From: Candidatus Omnitrophota bacterium
GTDB taxonomy: Bacteria > Omnitrophota > Gorgyraeia > Zapsychrales > Zapsychraceae
Length of the DNA stretch: 64,000 nt
Reading direction: 5' to 3'
Assembly: GCA_029261065.1 (NCBI GenBank)
Contig: JAJDCB010000024.1
Span: 102,364-166,363, forward strand
The notes below the pieces were generated by a model. The model was not told the DNA's origin, made no database searches, and saw nothing but the letters and a program-made list of their open reading frames with translations. The position numbers were made by a program, and so were the translations under genes. The first letter of the stretch is position 1; the number at the start of each line of letters is the position of its first letter. This document shows positions 56,301 to 64,000 of this stretch, piece after piece.

Positions 56301-59300
56301 GCTTGGGCCATCTCAACTAAACTTGGGATATCACTTTCCCTTTGTTTAAGCTGCTCTTCTAATAGAGATATATTATTACTTTTCTTGACAAGATCTTCTT
56401 CAAATGTGCTAACAAGTCCCTGCAGCTCCTTTTTTTCGACTACTAGTTGTTCTTCGGTAATTTTTAACGTGCTATATGAATTTTGAATTTCTTGATTTTT
56501 ATTCTTTAATTCTTGAATTTGACTATTTAATTGAGAAGTTTCACCTGCAAACTTCTCACTAGAGGCCTTTATCTGATTTAATAGATTCTTTTTTAATTGA
56601 GCAATTTCTTCATTTAACGCCTCTTTAGATTGTTTACTTTTTAAATTCAAACCCACAATAGACTCTTGTGCTTTTTGTAATTTATTAGATAATTGAGATA
56701 TTTCAGACTCAAAATCTCTATTTTTGCCATTTAATGAAGCAATTTCATTTACAAGTTTAGAATTATTACTTTTAAGTTCATTTTTCTGCGCACTAAAAAC
56801 TTGGATTTCTTCTTCTTTTTCTCTTATAAATTTTTGCTTAATATTCTTTATACGGGCCTCCATTTCATTTTTTTCATTAAACAAGGCTGTATATTCAATA
56901 CTCTTATCTTTAAATTGTTTTAATAACGTTTCTTTTTCCTTTAAATTCTGAGATATTACAAGCTCTTTATTTTTTAATTGCGAACTTATATCTGTTATTT
57001 TTTTTTCTAAAATGGATTCTTGTAATTCTAAAGGCTTTCGAGCTTCAGCCAATTGTTTGGGAATGTTATTTTCAATTTCTTGTTTAACTTTGGCCAAATT
57101 TTCTAATTTTTCATTTAACTGAATAACGTTTTGACCTAATTTTTCTAAATCCGTTTTGTATTTATTATTTGAATTGGTGAGTCTTTGTATTGTCTTTACT
57201 TGAGCTGAATTTTGCTGATCTTTCTTTTGAAAGGTAAGTTGCAGCTCTTTATATTTTTCATTTAACTGAATTAGCCTCTGATCAACTTTTCCTAAGTCCG
57301 CTTTATATTTATTGTTTGAACTGGTGAATGCATCTATTGTCTTTTCTTGAGCTAAGTTTTGCTGATCTTTCTTTTGAAAGGTAAGTTGCAGCTCTTTATA
57401 TTTTTCATTTAACTTCTCAAGTGTCACATTTAATTTCTTAAAATTTAATTGAGAGCTGTTCACTTGATTCGAAGCCTTCTTAACATCTGACTCTAACTGC
57501 GCAATAATCTTTGTTTTATCTAAAAGGTTTGCATTTAATTCACTTTTCTGAGTATTAATATTACCCAATTTTTTCTCAAATTCCGATTTTGCTGAATCTA
57601 GAAGCTGCTGATTTTTTAAAACAATTTGATCCACTTTCGCCTTTAAGGCATCTACTTGAGCTAATAAATTTGTTTCTTTTTGTGATTTTACTTCTAGACT
57701 ATTTGATAAGCCCTTTATTTGCTTCTCTAAAGACGCAACATGAGCTTCTTTATCTTTAGTAATGTTTTCAGCATTTTTTAGTTTCATCTCATTTTGACTT
57801 ATATTATCTCTAAGGGTTTGCTTTTGAACTTCATGTTTATCGGTTAATGCTTCAAAAGCCTTTACATTTTCTTTCTTCAAAGTTTCAATTCTTGTGTTTA
57901 ATTGCGCAACAGCATCATTTGCCTTGCCTAATTTTGTGATAATATCTGTTTTGTTTTCTTCTAAATTTCTTGAGTTCTTAATTTCATTGTTTAAATTTTC
58001 ATTAACACCCCTTAAATGCCCTTCTAACGTTTTAATTTCATTTAACAAAGGTGTGGTCTCTTTCGATATTAGAGCAGGCATAGCTTCTTTGGTTGCTTTC
58101 AAGGTGGTCTCTACAGCTACTTTTTGCTTAACTAAATCCTCTTGTTGAACTTTTAAATTTGTTAAATTCGACTGTAAAGAAGCATAAGACTTCGTTAACT
58201 CTTGAAATTTTTGTGTATTTTGTTTAATAGCACCTTTTTTTTCCTCTAATAAATTCTTAAAAGACAACAACTGCTCATTTAATGGCTTTTTAACCAATTC
58301 GATCGTTTTTGGAATTTCATTTTTTATCTTAACAATTTTATTTTCTAAATCATTAATAACATTTGCTTGATTTTTCAACTCTTTGGCTTGTGCCTTATTC
58401 ACAACTTCTTTTTTTGTAACTGTATCCCTTAAATTGGCTACATCTTTAGATTTACTCTTTATAGTCTTAGTTATTTGCTCATTACTATCCTTTAAACTTT
58501 TAATTTGAAGCTGATAATCTTTTTCTAATTTCGATAACTTTAAATTTGCAGCTGTTTTATCTTTTTTCCAATCTGCGTTTGCTTTAACCCATCTGTTGTC
58601 TTTTTCACTAATCGCACCAGATAAATCTTTTATTTTGTTATTAAGATCGGCATTTTTATTATTTAATACTAAAAATGTTTTTTCCTGTTCCTTTATAAAT
58701 ACATTTTTTTGCTTAAAACCTTCTGTTAATTGAGCAATTTCGCTTAATAAGGGAGCCTTTTGTGCATCAATCATTCCAGGAATATTTGCCTTTGTCGTAT
58801 TTAAATTTTCAGTTAATTTTGCTACGTTCTCATTAGACGTTGATAGCTGACTGTCCGTGTCGTTAAGCTTGTTAACTAATTCTTTGCTTTGAGCATTTAA
58901 AGAATCATACGCCCCATTACGCTCATAAAGCTCATTTTTTATTTTTACAATTTGATCCTTAAGAACCCCCATCTCTTTAAAAAGCGGTTCTTTAGCCTTC
59001 TTTATCTGAGCAGGGATAGTCTGCTTTACAGAGGTTAATTCTTCACCCTTTTGATTTAACAAATCTTGTAATTTCTTTCGATTTGCCGCATCTAATTTTT
59101 GTTGACTTAATAACCGCCCTTTTTGTTTCTCCATTTCAGAGACGGAGTTCTGATAACTCTCCAAAGCCTTTGTTAACTCAACTATTTTGTTATCTGATTC
59201 CTTTAATTTAAATTGTAATGGATCACGAACCTTAGCAATCTGTTGTGGAACACTCATTTTCAGATTATTAAAATTTTCCGTTAATTTATTAATATCGCTA

Positions 59301-62300
59301 ATTTTCTTTTTATTCTGAATGCTTAACGTTTCTATAGCCGTATTATTCTTTGATAATTCATCCCTTTGCTTCTCTATAAGAGCATCTTTGGTCTTTCCAG
59401 ATGTAGCAAATTGATTTATCTTCTGATTTAAGCCATTAATCTTATTCTCTAATGGCTTCTTGGCTTGCGCAATTTGTGATGGATAAGCCGCTTCTTTTTC
59501 TTTGATGATATTCGCATAATTCTTCACTTTCTTCTCTAGATTAGTCTTTACTGATGAAACCTTCATCACGGATTCTTCAGAGTCTTGTAGAAGTTTATTT
59601 AATTCAGAGATTGAAATACTCTTATCTTCTATATCATCAGTTAGAACACTTAATTGTTTTTGTTGTGCAGCAATCTTCTCATTTAAAGGCTTTAAGGATG
59701 CAAGAAGATCACGATTATATTTTTTATTGGCAACAACTAGGGCGTTATCTAATTCAGAGGCCTTAGTTTGAAAGTGATCGGACTGCTCTTTTAAAGCATC
59801 CATTTTTTGCTTTAAACTATTGCGTTGTAGCTCAGCATTGCGGATTGATTTATCTTTGTTTTCTACACTTTGAGTAAGTTGTTTCACCTGCCTATTTAGA
59901 GATGAATTTTCCTTCTCTAAAGGTGTCTTTGCCAAAGAAATCTGTTGAGGGATGCTTTTCTTTAATCGATCAGAACTTGCTAGCTGGGCATCTAACTTTT
60001 TTTGATATTCGCTAATAACTTCCGTTTGCGTTAAGACTTTTTGAGTTAACGTTTCTTTTTCTTTATTTAAAAAGACTAACGACTTCTCCCTTGCTTTATT
60101 TGCATTATCTAGAGTATTTACTTTGTTAAGTAACTGTGAGGCTTTCTCCTCTAACGGTCGCGTGGCTTCACTAAGTTGCTGGGGAATCGATTTAACAGTA
60201 TCATCCAATTTCTTCTCAAGAGCTGTCTTTGCTTTAGATAGAAAAGATTCGCTTTCTTGTAATTTCGTATAGCTTTCTTTTAAACGTAATTGATCTGCGT
60301 TTAATTTTTGTAAAAGCGATGCCTTTTCAGATAAATTCACAGTTAATTGCTGAAGTTTTTCTTCCAATGGTTTTTTGGCTTGTTGTATTTCAAGCGGTTT
60401 ATTCTTTAAAGTATTGCTTAGTTTTGCTTGCGAGAGATTTAAATTTTGCTCATACTTTTTTATCTCAACACTTGACTTTTGTAATTGGCTTATTAAACTT
60501 TCCTTCTCTAAATTTAAATTTTTTAATAGTTTTTTGTTTTCTTCATTAATTTTTAAATATTCGGATTCCATAGATTTGGCATTTGCTTTGCTTTGCTTCA
60601 AAGCATCAGCTAAGCGCGAACTATTGCCTTCATAAGTCCTCTTCTCTTCAGCTAAAGATTTTTGCAAATCAGAGACTTTAGAATTTAAAGGATCTCTCAC
60701 CGCATTTACTTTTAGAGGAATACTTGCTTCTAACTGTTCGAACTTCTTAGCCAACTGATATAATTGCTTCTCCGTATTATCTTTGGCCACCTTTAAAGAT
60801 TTAAAGCTATTCGTCATAGTCTTATTTTCATTTACAATTTCTTGAACACTTACTTGACTGCTCTTTAAATTTTCCGTTGTTGTTATAAGACTCTTTGTTA
60901 ATTCTTTAATCCTGGCTTCTAATGGCTGCTTTACTTTTTCAATTTCTGTAGGAATGCTCGAGATAAGCTCAGCATTCTTTTGTTCCAAACCGCCCTTTGA
61001 TTTTGACAATAAAAGATTTTGTTCTTTTAATTTTTGAAGTTCTGTGATCTTTTGCTTATTCCCTTTATCCAGCTCAACAATGAGTCCATCCTTTTTATTT
61101 AATTGCGCATCGCTTAAAGATAATTTCTTATTTAATTCAGCCATTTGAGCTTTAAGCGGCTCTTTCGCTAATTCAACTTTTGAAGGTAAAGATTTTTTTA
61201 GTGCATCCAATTCTTTACTCAGTTGATTAACCTCAGCATTTAAATTATTCCTCAAAGTAAAAAGTTTTTCTTTATCAGAATTTAACGAATTAACTTTATT
61301 GCTATAATTTTTTAAATTTAGATTTCTTTGTGACAGAGTCTCTTTTAGATCAGCAACAGTGTTTTCAAGCGGCAATTTGGCTTCTTTTAGTTTTGCTGGC
61401 CAAGCTTGATTTTGTTTTGAGAGTTCTGAAGCGAGCTTTTTTCTCTCTGACTCTACTTTGATGAGCGTATCTTTAAGCTCTAGAAGACTATTTTCTTTTG
61501 CAGTATTTAGTTGTTTAAGTTTCTCCTCAGAGCTTTTAAAACTTACTTCTTTCAATTGTAACGTTTTATTTTGCTCCGCTATTCTTTTCTCTAAAGGTAA
61601 CGTTGCTTTTCTTATCTCTACAGGTAATTTTTTCTTAAACAGATCAAATTCTTTAACAATTGCTTTTCTTTGATTCTCAGAATTACGGAAGGCTGTATTT
61701 CTATTATCAAGATTATTTTGAAGATCTGAAATTGTTTTCACTAAAGGCGTACGCACAGATTGAATTTGATTAGGCAACGCTGCATTTAATTGTTTAATTT
61801 CATCTTTAAGAACTACAACCTCTTTATTACTTGCATCTAAGGCTTGTTTTCTCTGATTTGAAATAGCCGCTAATTTACTCTTTTCAGCTGAACTAGAAAG
61901 TTCTTTCTCTTTTGAAACAAGTAATTGTTTTTGGAAGCTTTGTAATTGTTCTTCTAAAGGTTTCTTAACACGACTTATTTCAGCAGGAATAGAGGCTTGT
62001 AACTTTTTAACTTCAGAAGTTAAAGCAGCAACCTTTGAATCTTTTGTTTCAAGAGCACCACCCTGTACTTTTAATTGAGTCACTAAAACAGAGATCTTGC
62101 TAAGTAGAGGCTCTTTGCTATCTTTAATTTGCTTTGGAATATTCCCTTTTAGAGCTCTTAATTGAGAATCTTTGGTTTTAATCTCTTTTGAAAGGGCTGT
62201 AAAATTAGCTTGGATGTTACTGTATTTGCTGAGAGTCTCTTTTCTGGATTGCGATTCTTTGGACAATTGCGATTCTTTTAAAGCAAGCTGCTTCTCTAAT

Positions 62301-64000
62301 TCCTTCATAGATGCTTGAATGAGTTTTAATTGTTCTTCTAGAGGAGCTTTAGCCTCTTTCACTAGTTGAGGAACAGCTTGTTCTTTACTTTTCAGTTGAC
62401 TCTTTATCTGAATATTTTCATTTTTTAAATTTTTAAGTGCGGTATTTGATACTTGCAATGTTTTTTGAGTATCACCTTCTAATGTTTGAAATTGCTTTTT
62501 AGAATTTTCTAATTCTGCGTTTAATGTTGATAATTTGCTTTTTTGTGCGTCACTATCCTTACCTAAACGTTGAATTTTTTCATTTGCAGCTTTCAATTTT
62601 ACCTGCGTCGCTTCATAATCGTTGCTTATCGATGTCGTTTCAAGCTTATGTTTTTTTTGTTCTTCTACCACTAATTTTTTTAAATTTTCAAGTGCGGTAT
62701 TTGATACTTTCAATTTTTTCTGAGCATCACTTTCTAATATTTGAAATTGCTTTTTAGAATTTTCTAATTCTGCGTTTAGTGTTGATAATTTGCTTTTTTG
62801 TGCATCACTATCCTTACCTAAACGTTGAATTTTTTCATTTGCAGCTTTTAATTTTGCCTGAGACGAATCATAATCTTTACCTTTTGAAGTCGTTTCAAGC
62901 TTATGTTTTTCTTGTTGTTGTGCCACTGATTTTTTCAAATTTTCTAATTCTTTTTTTAAGAAAATCTCACTTTTTGTAAATTCGCCGCTTACCCTTTCTT
63001 TTTCCGTATTTGCCGTTAGAAGTTGCTTATTTAATTCTTTAAGGTCATTGCTTAACTCAACTATCTGGTTATTAAGTTGGGCATTGACTTGCTTATCTCT
63101 TTTACTTATAGCTTTTTGATTAGTTAATGTCGTTTTTAATTCTTTAAGGGATGCTTCTAAAGGTTTTTTAACCAGCTCGATTTTTTGGGGAATTTCGTCA
63201 GTCTTTGTTTTTAGCTGTATTTTTAAGTTTTTAACTTCTTTTTCTGAAGAATCATTTTGTGCTAGAAGATTATTTTTTTCTTGCCTTAGTTGATCAATAA
63301 CTTTTTGATCATTTTCCATCAAAGCTTCTTTGGATTGCAGCGACTTCTTTTTCTCTTTTAATTTCTTAGACAATTCAGAGATTTGAAAATTTAAAGGCGC
63401 TACAACTTCTTTCTTTTGCTGCACCATACTGGCATTGAGCTCAACCAATTGGGATGTAAGACTTTCCTTTTTGGCCATTAGTAAGGCTTGCTTTTCTTCA
63501 GACGATTTCTTTACTGATAAAAGTTCGCTAGAAAATTTATTCCCCAAACTATCTACCTCTTTAAAATGGGCTTGCTGTTGCCTTGCAAGTTTATCATTTA
63601 GATTTTTCAAATCAGCTTCTAAAACTTGAGTCATGGACTTTTTGCGTGCCATTTCTTTTTTTAATTTATCAATTTGTTTTTGATAGTCGCTTACTTCACT
63701 CGATTTTTTGGAAATATTTTCATTTAATTTGGTAATATCCGTTTTATATTTACTCTCATTTTGTTCAAGCAACTTTTTATTTGAAACTTTTAGCGTTGTT
63801 AAATCCTTATTTAACAACTTTACCTTTTCTTCTAATGGCGTTTTAGCTGATGCAATCTTTTTAGGTAAATTTATTTCTAAATTTTTAATTTTTGATGTTA
63901 ATTTCGCAACCTCTGCATCTAATCGCTCATTATTGACCCGTTCGCCTTTTATCTGTTTATCCAACAACTCTTTATCCTTCTTAATGTCATGTAATGTTTT
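53387..64000 (-). CDS. Giant coiled-coil repeat protein, more than 3,530 aa. The ORF is open at the window end, so the real N-terminus lies beyond 64000.
   Basis: One uninterrupted minus-strand ORF of more than 10.6 kb. The in-frame sequence upstream of the track's TTG start (63965-63967) has no stop up to 64000. Composition K/E/Q/L/N/S-rich with heptads. A recurring motif appears at least 25 times: [IL]P-x-[QK]-[IL]-x-x-[AV][KR]-x-PL-[EL]. Confidence 0.85.
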   Translation of the reverse strand, partial: KTLHDIKKDKELLDKQIKGERVNNERLDAEVAKLTSKIKNLEINLPKKIASAKTPLEEKVKLLNKDLTTLKVSNKKLLEQNESKYKTDITKLNENISKKSSEVSDYQKQIDKLKKEMARKKSMTQVLEADLKNLNDKLARQQQAHFKEVDSLGNKFSSELLSVKKSSEEKQALLMAKKESLTSQLVELNASMVQQKKEVVAPLNFQISELSKKLKEKKKSLQSKEALMENDQKVIDQLRQEKNNLLAQNDSSEKEVKNLKIQLKTKTDEIPQKIELVKKPLEASLKELKTTLTNQKAISKRDKQVNAQLNNQIVELSNDLKELNKQLLTANTEKERVSGEFTKSEIFLKKELENLKKSVAQQQEKHKLETTSKGKDYDSSQAKLKAANEKIQRLGKDSDAQKSKLSTLNAELENSKKQFQILESDAQKKLKVSNTALENLKKLVVEEQKKHKLETTSISNDYEATQVKLKAANEKIQRLGKDSDAQKSKLSTLNAELENSKKQFQTLEGDTQKTLQVSNTALKNLKNENIQIKSQLKSKEQAVPQLVKEAKAPLEEQLKLIQASMKELEKQLALKESQLSKESQSRKETLSKYSNIQANFTALSKEIKTKDSQLRALKGNIPKQIKDSKEPLLSKISVLVTQLKVQGGALETKDSKVAALTSEVKKLQASIPAEISRVKKPLEEQLQSFQKQLLVSKEKELSSSAEKSKLAAISNQRKQALDASNKEVVVLKDEIKQLNAALPNQIQSVRTPLVKTISDLQNNLDNRNTAFRNSENQRKAIVKEFDLFKKKLPVEIRKATLPLEKRIAEQNKTLQLKEVSFKSSEEKLKQLNTAKENSLLELKDTLIKVESERKKLASELSKQNQAWPAKLKEAKLPLENTVADLKETLSQRNLNLKNYSNKVNSLNSDKEKLFTLRNNLNAEVNQLSKELDALKKSLPSKVELAKEPLKAQMAELNKKLSLSDAQLNKKDGLIVELDKGNKQKITELQKLKEQNLLLSKSKGGLEQKNAELISSIPTEIEKVKQPLEARIKELTKSLITTTENLKSSQVSVQEIVNENKTMTNSFKSLKVAKDNTEKQLYQLAKKFEQLEASIPLKVNAVRDPLNSKVSDLQKSLAEEKRTYEGNSSRLADALKQSKANAKSMESEYLKINEENKKLLKNLNLEKESLISQLQKSSVEIKKYEQNLNLSQAKLSNTLKNKPLEIQQAKKPLEEKLQQLTVNLSEKASLLQKLNADQLRLKESYTKLQESESFLSKAKTALEKKLDDTVKSIPQQLSEATRPLEEKASQLLNKVNTLDNANKAREKSLVFLNKEKETLTQKVLTQTEVISEYQKKLDAQLASSDRLKKSIPQQISLAKTPLEKENSSLNRQVKQLTQSVENKDKSIRNAELQRNSLKQKMDALKEQSDHFQTKASELDNALVVANKKYNRDLLASLKPLNEKIAAQQKQLSVLTDDIEDKSISISELNKLLQDSEESVMKVSSVKTNLEKKVKNYANIIKEKEAAYPSQIAQAKKPLENKINGLNQKINQFATSGKTKDALIEKQRDELSKNNTAIETLSIQNKKKISDINKLTENFNNLKMSVPQQIAKVRDPLQFKLKESDNKIVELTKALESYQNSVSEMEKQKGRLLSQQKLDAANRKKLQDLLNQKGEELTSVKQTIPAQIKKAKEPLFKEMGVLKDQIVKIKNELYERNGAYDSLNAQSKELVNKLNDTDSQLSTSNENVAKLTENLNTTKANIPGMIDAQKAPLLSEIAQLTEGFKQKNVFIKEQEKTFLVLNNKNADLNNKIKDLSGAISEKDNRWVKANADWKKDKTAANLKLSKLEKDYQLQIKSLKDSNEQITKTIKSKSKDVANLRDTVTKKEVVNKAQAKELKNQANVINDLENKIVKIKNEIPKTIELVKKPLNEQLLSFKNLLEEKKGAIKQNTQKFQELTKSYASLQSNLTNLKVQQEDLVKQKVAVETTLKATKEAMPALISKETTPLLNEIKTLEGHLRGVNENLNNEIKNSRNLEENKTDIITKLGKANDAVAQLNTRIETLKKENVKAFEALTDKHEVQKQTLRDNISQNEMKLKNAENITKDKEAHVASLEKQIKGLSNSLEVKSQKETNLLAQVDALKAKVDQIVLKNQQLLDSAKSEFEKKLGNINTQKSELNANLLDKTKIIAQLESDVKKASNQVNSSQLNFKKLNVTLEKLNEKYKELQLTFQKKDQQNLAQEKTIDAFTSSNNKYKADLGKVDQRLIQLNEKYKELQLTFQKKDQQNSAQVKTIQRLTNSNNKYKTDLEKLGQNVIQLNEKLENLAKVKQEIENNIPKQLAEARKPLELQESILEKKITDISSQLKNKELVISQNLKEKETLLKQFKDKSIEYTALFNEKNEMEARIKNIKQKFIREKEEEIQVFSAQKNELKSNNSKLVNEIASLNGKNRDFESEISQLSNKLQKAQESIVGLNLKSKQSKEALNEEIAQLKKNLLNQIKASSEKFAGETSQLNSQIQELKNKNQEIQNSYSTLKITEEQLVVEKKELQGLVSTFEEDLVKKSNNISLLEEQLKQRESDIPSLVEMAQAPLRKEIEDFKKQKTNLSNQIKTNSQEMSLLNDENNDLLTRLNNEKETNSKWQTENSKLEIKLRDVTSVIPQRINEEKAPLLKEIEAGKLKLNDHMAVNQELENKNQDLNSQLKETSNRFSALENEKTSLLARLKQLESKNNTSTVEFGGKLDKLNKQLVSKTTELTELSQNLAVEKEENRRYQASLKEASDKFEELNRSNNLVMSKNENLRNDLSEQRKEIEEKYRETLSNLKLSLDKKLLKSADENKDLQNIVNNQLANLTDYKSKNSNLINQVSSLTKENENLNNSASNLQKDVNNLKIGFADKITLIEKPLLERINGLKRSLDVLKEGEKLNSVQLKNFDNEKQDLMRKIREAENQSNDLKRTNSQLETQNNQIQDKFDQEIAALRKDLIYQQESLNERLKASNQINLEQKQHTDKLVLQKQRLEEEFNLSVIENDKLQKQLNGIDGNMSKVKKELETKDSDFKELRNKIAEYQKKTTELENKISVLNDQSDMKVSIFNREKDQYLQKIVELKDQAALFEKENFRNKEIVDELKRNQSKLNKTLETDYKLVKAEKEEYYKEMLDLESRLKLAQQEVIENQKVVAELKTGQTKLKTGLESDYKLALKERDEVLVKYQNLENEKNTEVASLKSEIENVRLDFIKIKEQSKGDVDQKVRSLKQSLMDREALIAEKDRNLDNIKKQLIDIQSERENTEGLLQSTISKLKNTEEALPSKIKAAESVLRKEIENLTAKLIEKENEVREIESSGALSLNEEMSKINKKLEKSKELLSEKDEILSRMKQKLNVLETELAQEESEKKSLKYKVDDLTKEVDAHEGEIKNKVMEARVPLQKQVNELEDKMSNMDEAFKSKVLTNVRPLQKDIEEFKKKINDTEGLLSEQKSVNDELKNQKRVLDSELFSLMKERSSLQEAIHNLTKDLDDSKKKYEELLSQERDKTTIFDKPRDQNPVFQELQSEINNALDLIEAYE
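57111..57420. repeat. About 2.1 tandem copies of a 147-bp (49-codon) unit inside the giant gene
   Basis: tgctgatctttcttttgaaaggtaagttgcagctctttatatttttcatttaac occurs at 57213 and 57360. tcatttaac anchors at 57111, 57258 and 57405. Protein LNEKYKELQLTFQKKDQQN(L/S)AQ...IQLNEK is repeated. Confidence 0.75.
62430..62940. repeat. Two tandem copies of a 255-bp (85-codon) unit inside the giant gene, about 90% identical (coordinates +/- a few bp)
   Basis: Anchors aagtgcggtatttgatact at 62435 and about 62690. Protein copies ...KLKAANEKIQRLGKDSDAQKSKLSTLNAELENSKKQFQ(I/T)LE(S/G)D(A/T)QK... are near-identical. Confidence 0.8.

Noticed and set aside
57111-62940. Possibility that the tandem repeats are a CRISPR array or minisatellite outside genes
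   Set aside because: The units are 147 and 255 bp and there is no repeat-spacer alternation. They are in-frame and encode near-identical coiled-coil segments of the giant protein, so they are coding duplications.
54012-63629. Multiple 60-90 aa plus-strand ORFs antisense to the giant gene. 62524-62757 and 62779-62979 are near-identical to each other.
   Set aside because: The near-identity simply reflects the 255-bp tandem duplication of the sense strand. All are Phe/Leu/Ser-rich reverse-frame products of a K/E/Q-rich coiled-coil gene.
63965-64000. Apparent start codon of the giant ORF at 63965-63967
   Set aside because: It is a TTG that the ORF tool reports as M. The reading frame upstream (…KTLHDIKKDKELLDKQ…) has no stop up to the window edge, so the gene is truncated by the window, not initiated here.
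1-64000. Mobile elements, integrases, transposases, phage genes, toxin-antitoxin or restriction-modification/defence systems, tRNA/rRNA genes
   Set aside because: None of the 51 ORFs shows transposase/integrase/defence motifs. Intergenic regions are short (largest about 200 bp) and contain no tRNA-like T-loop/acceptor patterns or flanking direct repeats. Codon usage and AT content look uniform across the window, so there is no sign of a horizontally acquired island.

Overview
This is an AT-rich (roughly one-third GC by eye) bacterial chromosomal window. I support about 51 protein-coding genes, 48 of them on the minus strand; the whole stretch 1-40219 is transcribed in one direction. Left end (1-10.3 kb): a colinear heme/respiration block of ccsB-ccsA-like System II cytochrome c maturation, hemN-hemE-hemY, and a three-subunit sdhCAB/frdCAB. 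Centre (about 11.5-38.6 kb): an unusually elaborate chemosensory supra-locus. Its core Che set is one double-Cache MCP, CheW, CheV, a CheA with two Hpt/P1 domains, CheR, CheB, CheD and three CheC/CheX-type phosphatase genes, one of which is a tandem-CheX protein. It is decorated with at least 10 receiver (REC) domains, a stand-alone Hpt protein, a PilZ (c-di-GMP) protein embedded between the MCP and CheV, a cytoplasmic PAS-PAS histidine kinase, a periplasmic protein made of two NarX/PilJ-type P-box sensor modules with no output domain, and a 914-aa GspE/PilB-family secretion ATPase fused through a long acidic linker to a C-terminal receiver domain. I take that ATPase-REC fusion to be the most interesting feature: a candidate non-flagellar output of the pathway. 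Right side (38.8-50.7 kb): housekeeping genes (FprA-like ferredoxin-NADP reductase, pntAA-pntAB-pntB on the plus strand, a second PilZ protein, fumC, an NfeD/SPFH pair, pepA, gltA). Then comes an operon of two small membrane proteins and a giant coiled-coil protein of more than 3,530 aa that runs off the window end. That protein carries a recurring proline-punctuated motif (I/L-P-x-Q/K-I-x-x-A-K-x-P-L-E) and two internal tandem DNA duplications (255 bp x2, 147 bp x about 2.1). I saw no rRNA, tRNA, CRISPR array, IS element or integrase. Lineage is not determinable from here. The accessory Che repertoire (CheC/CheD/CheV/CheX, no CheZ) and the three-subunit b-type SQR/QFR are compatible with several AT-rich lineages, so I leave it open. 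The supplied ORF track reports alternative start codons (GTG/TTG) as M, so several starts are provisional.
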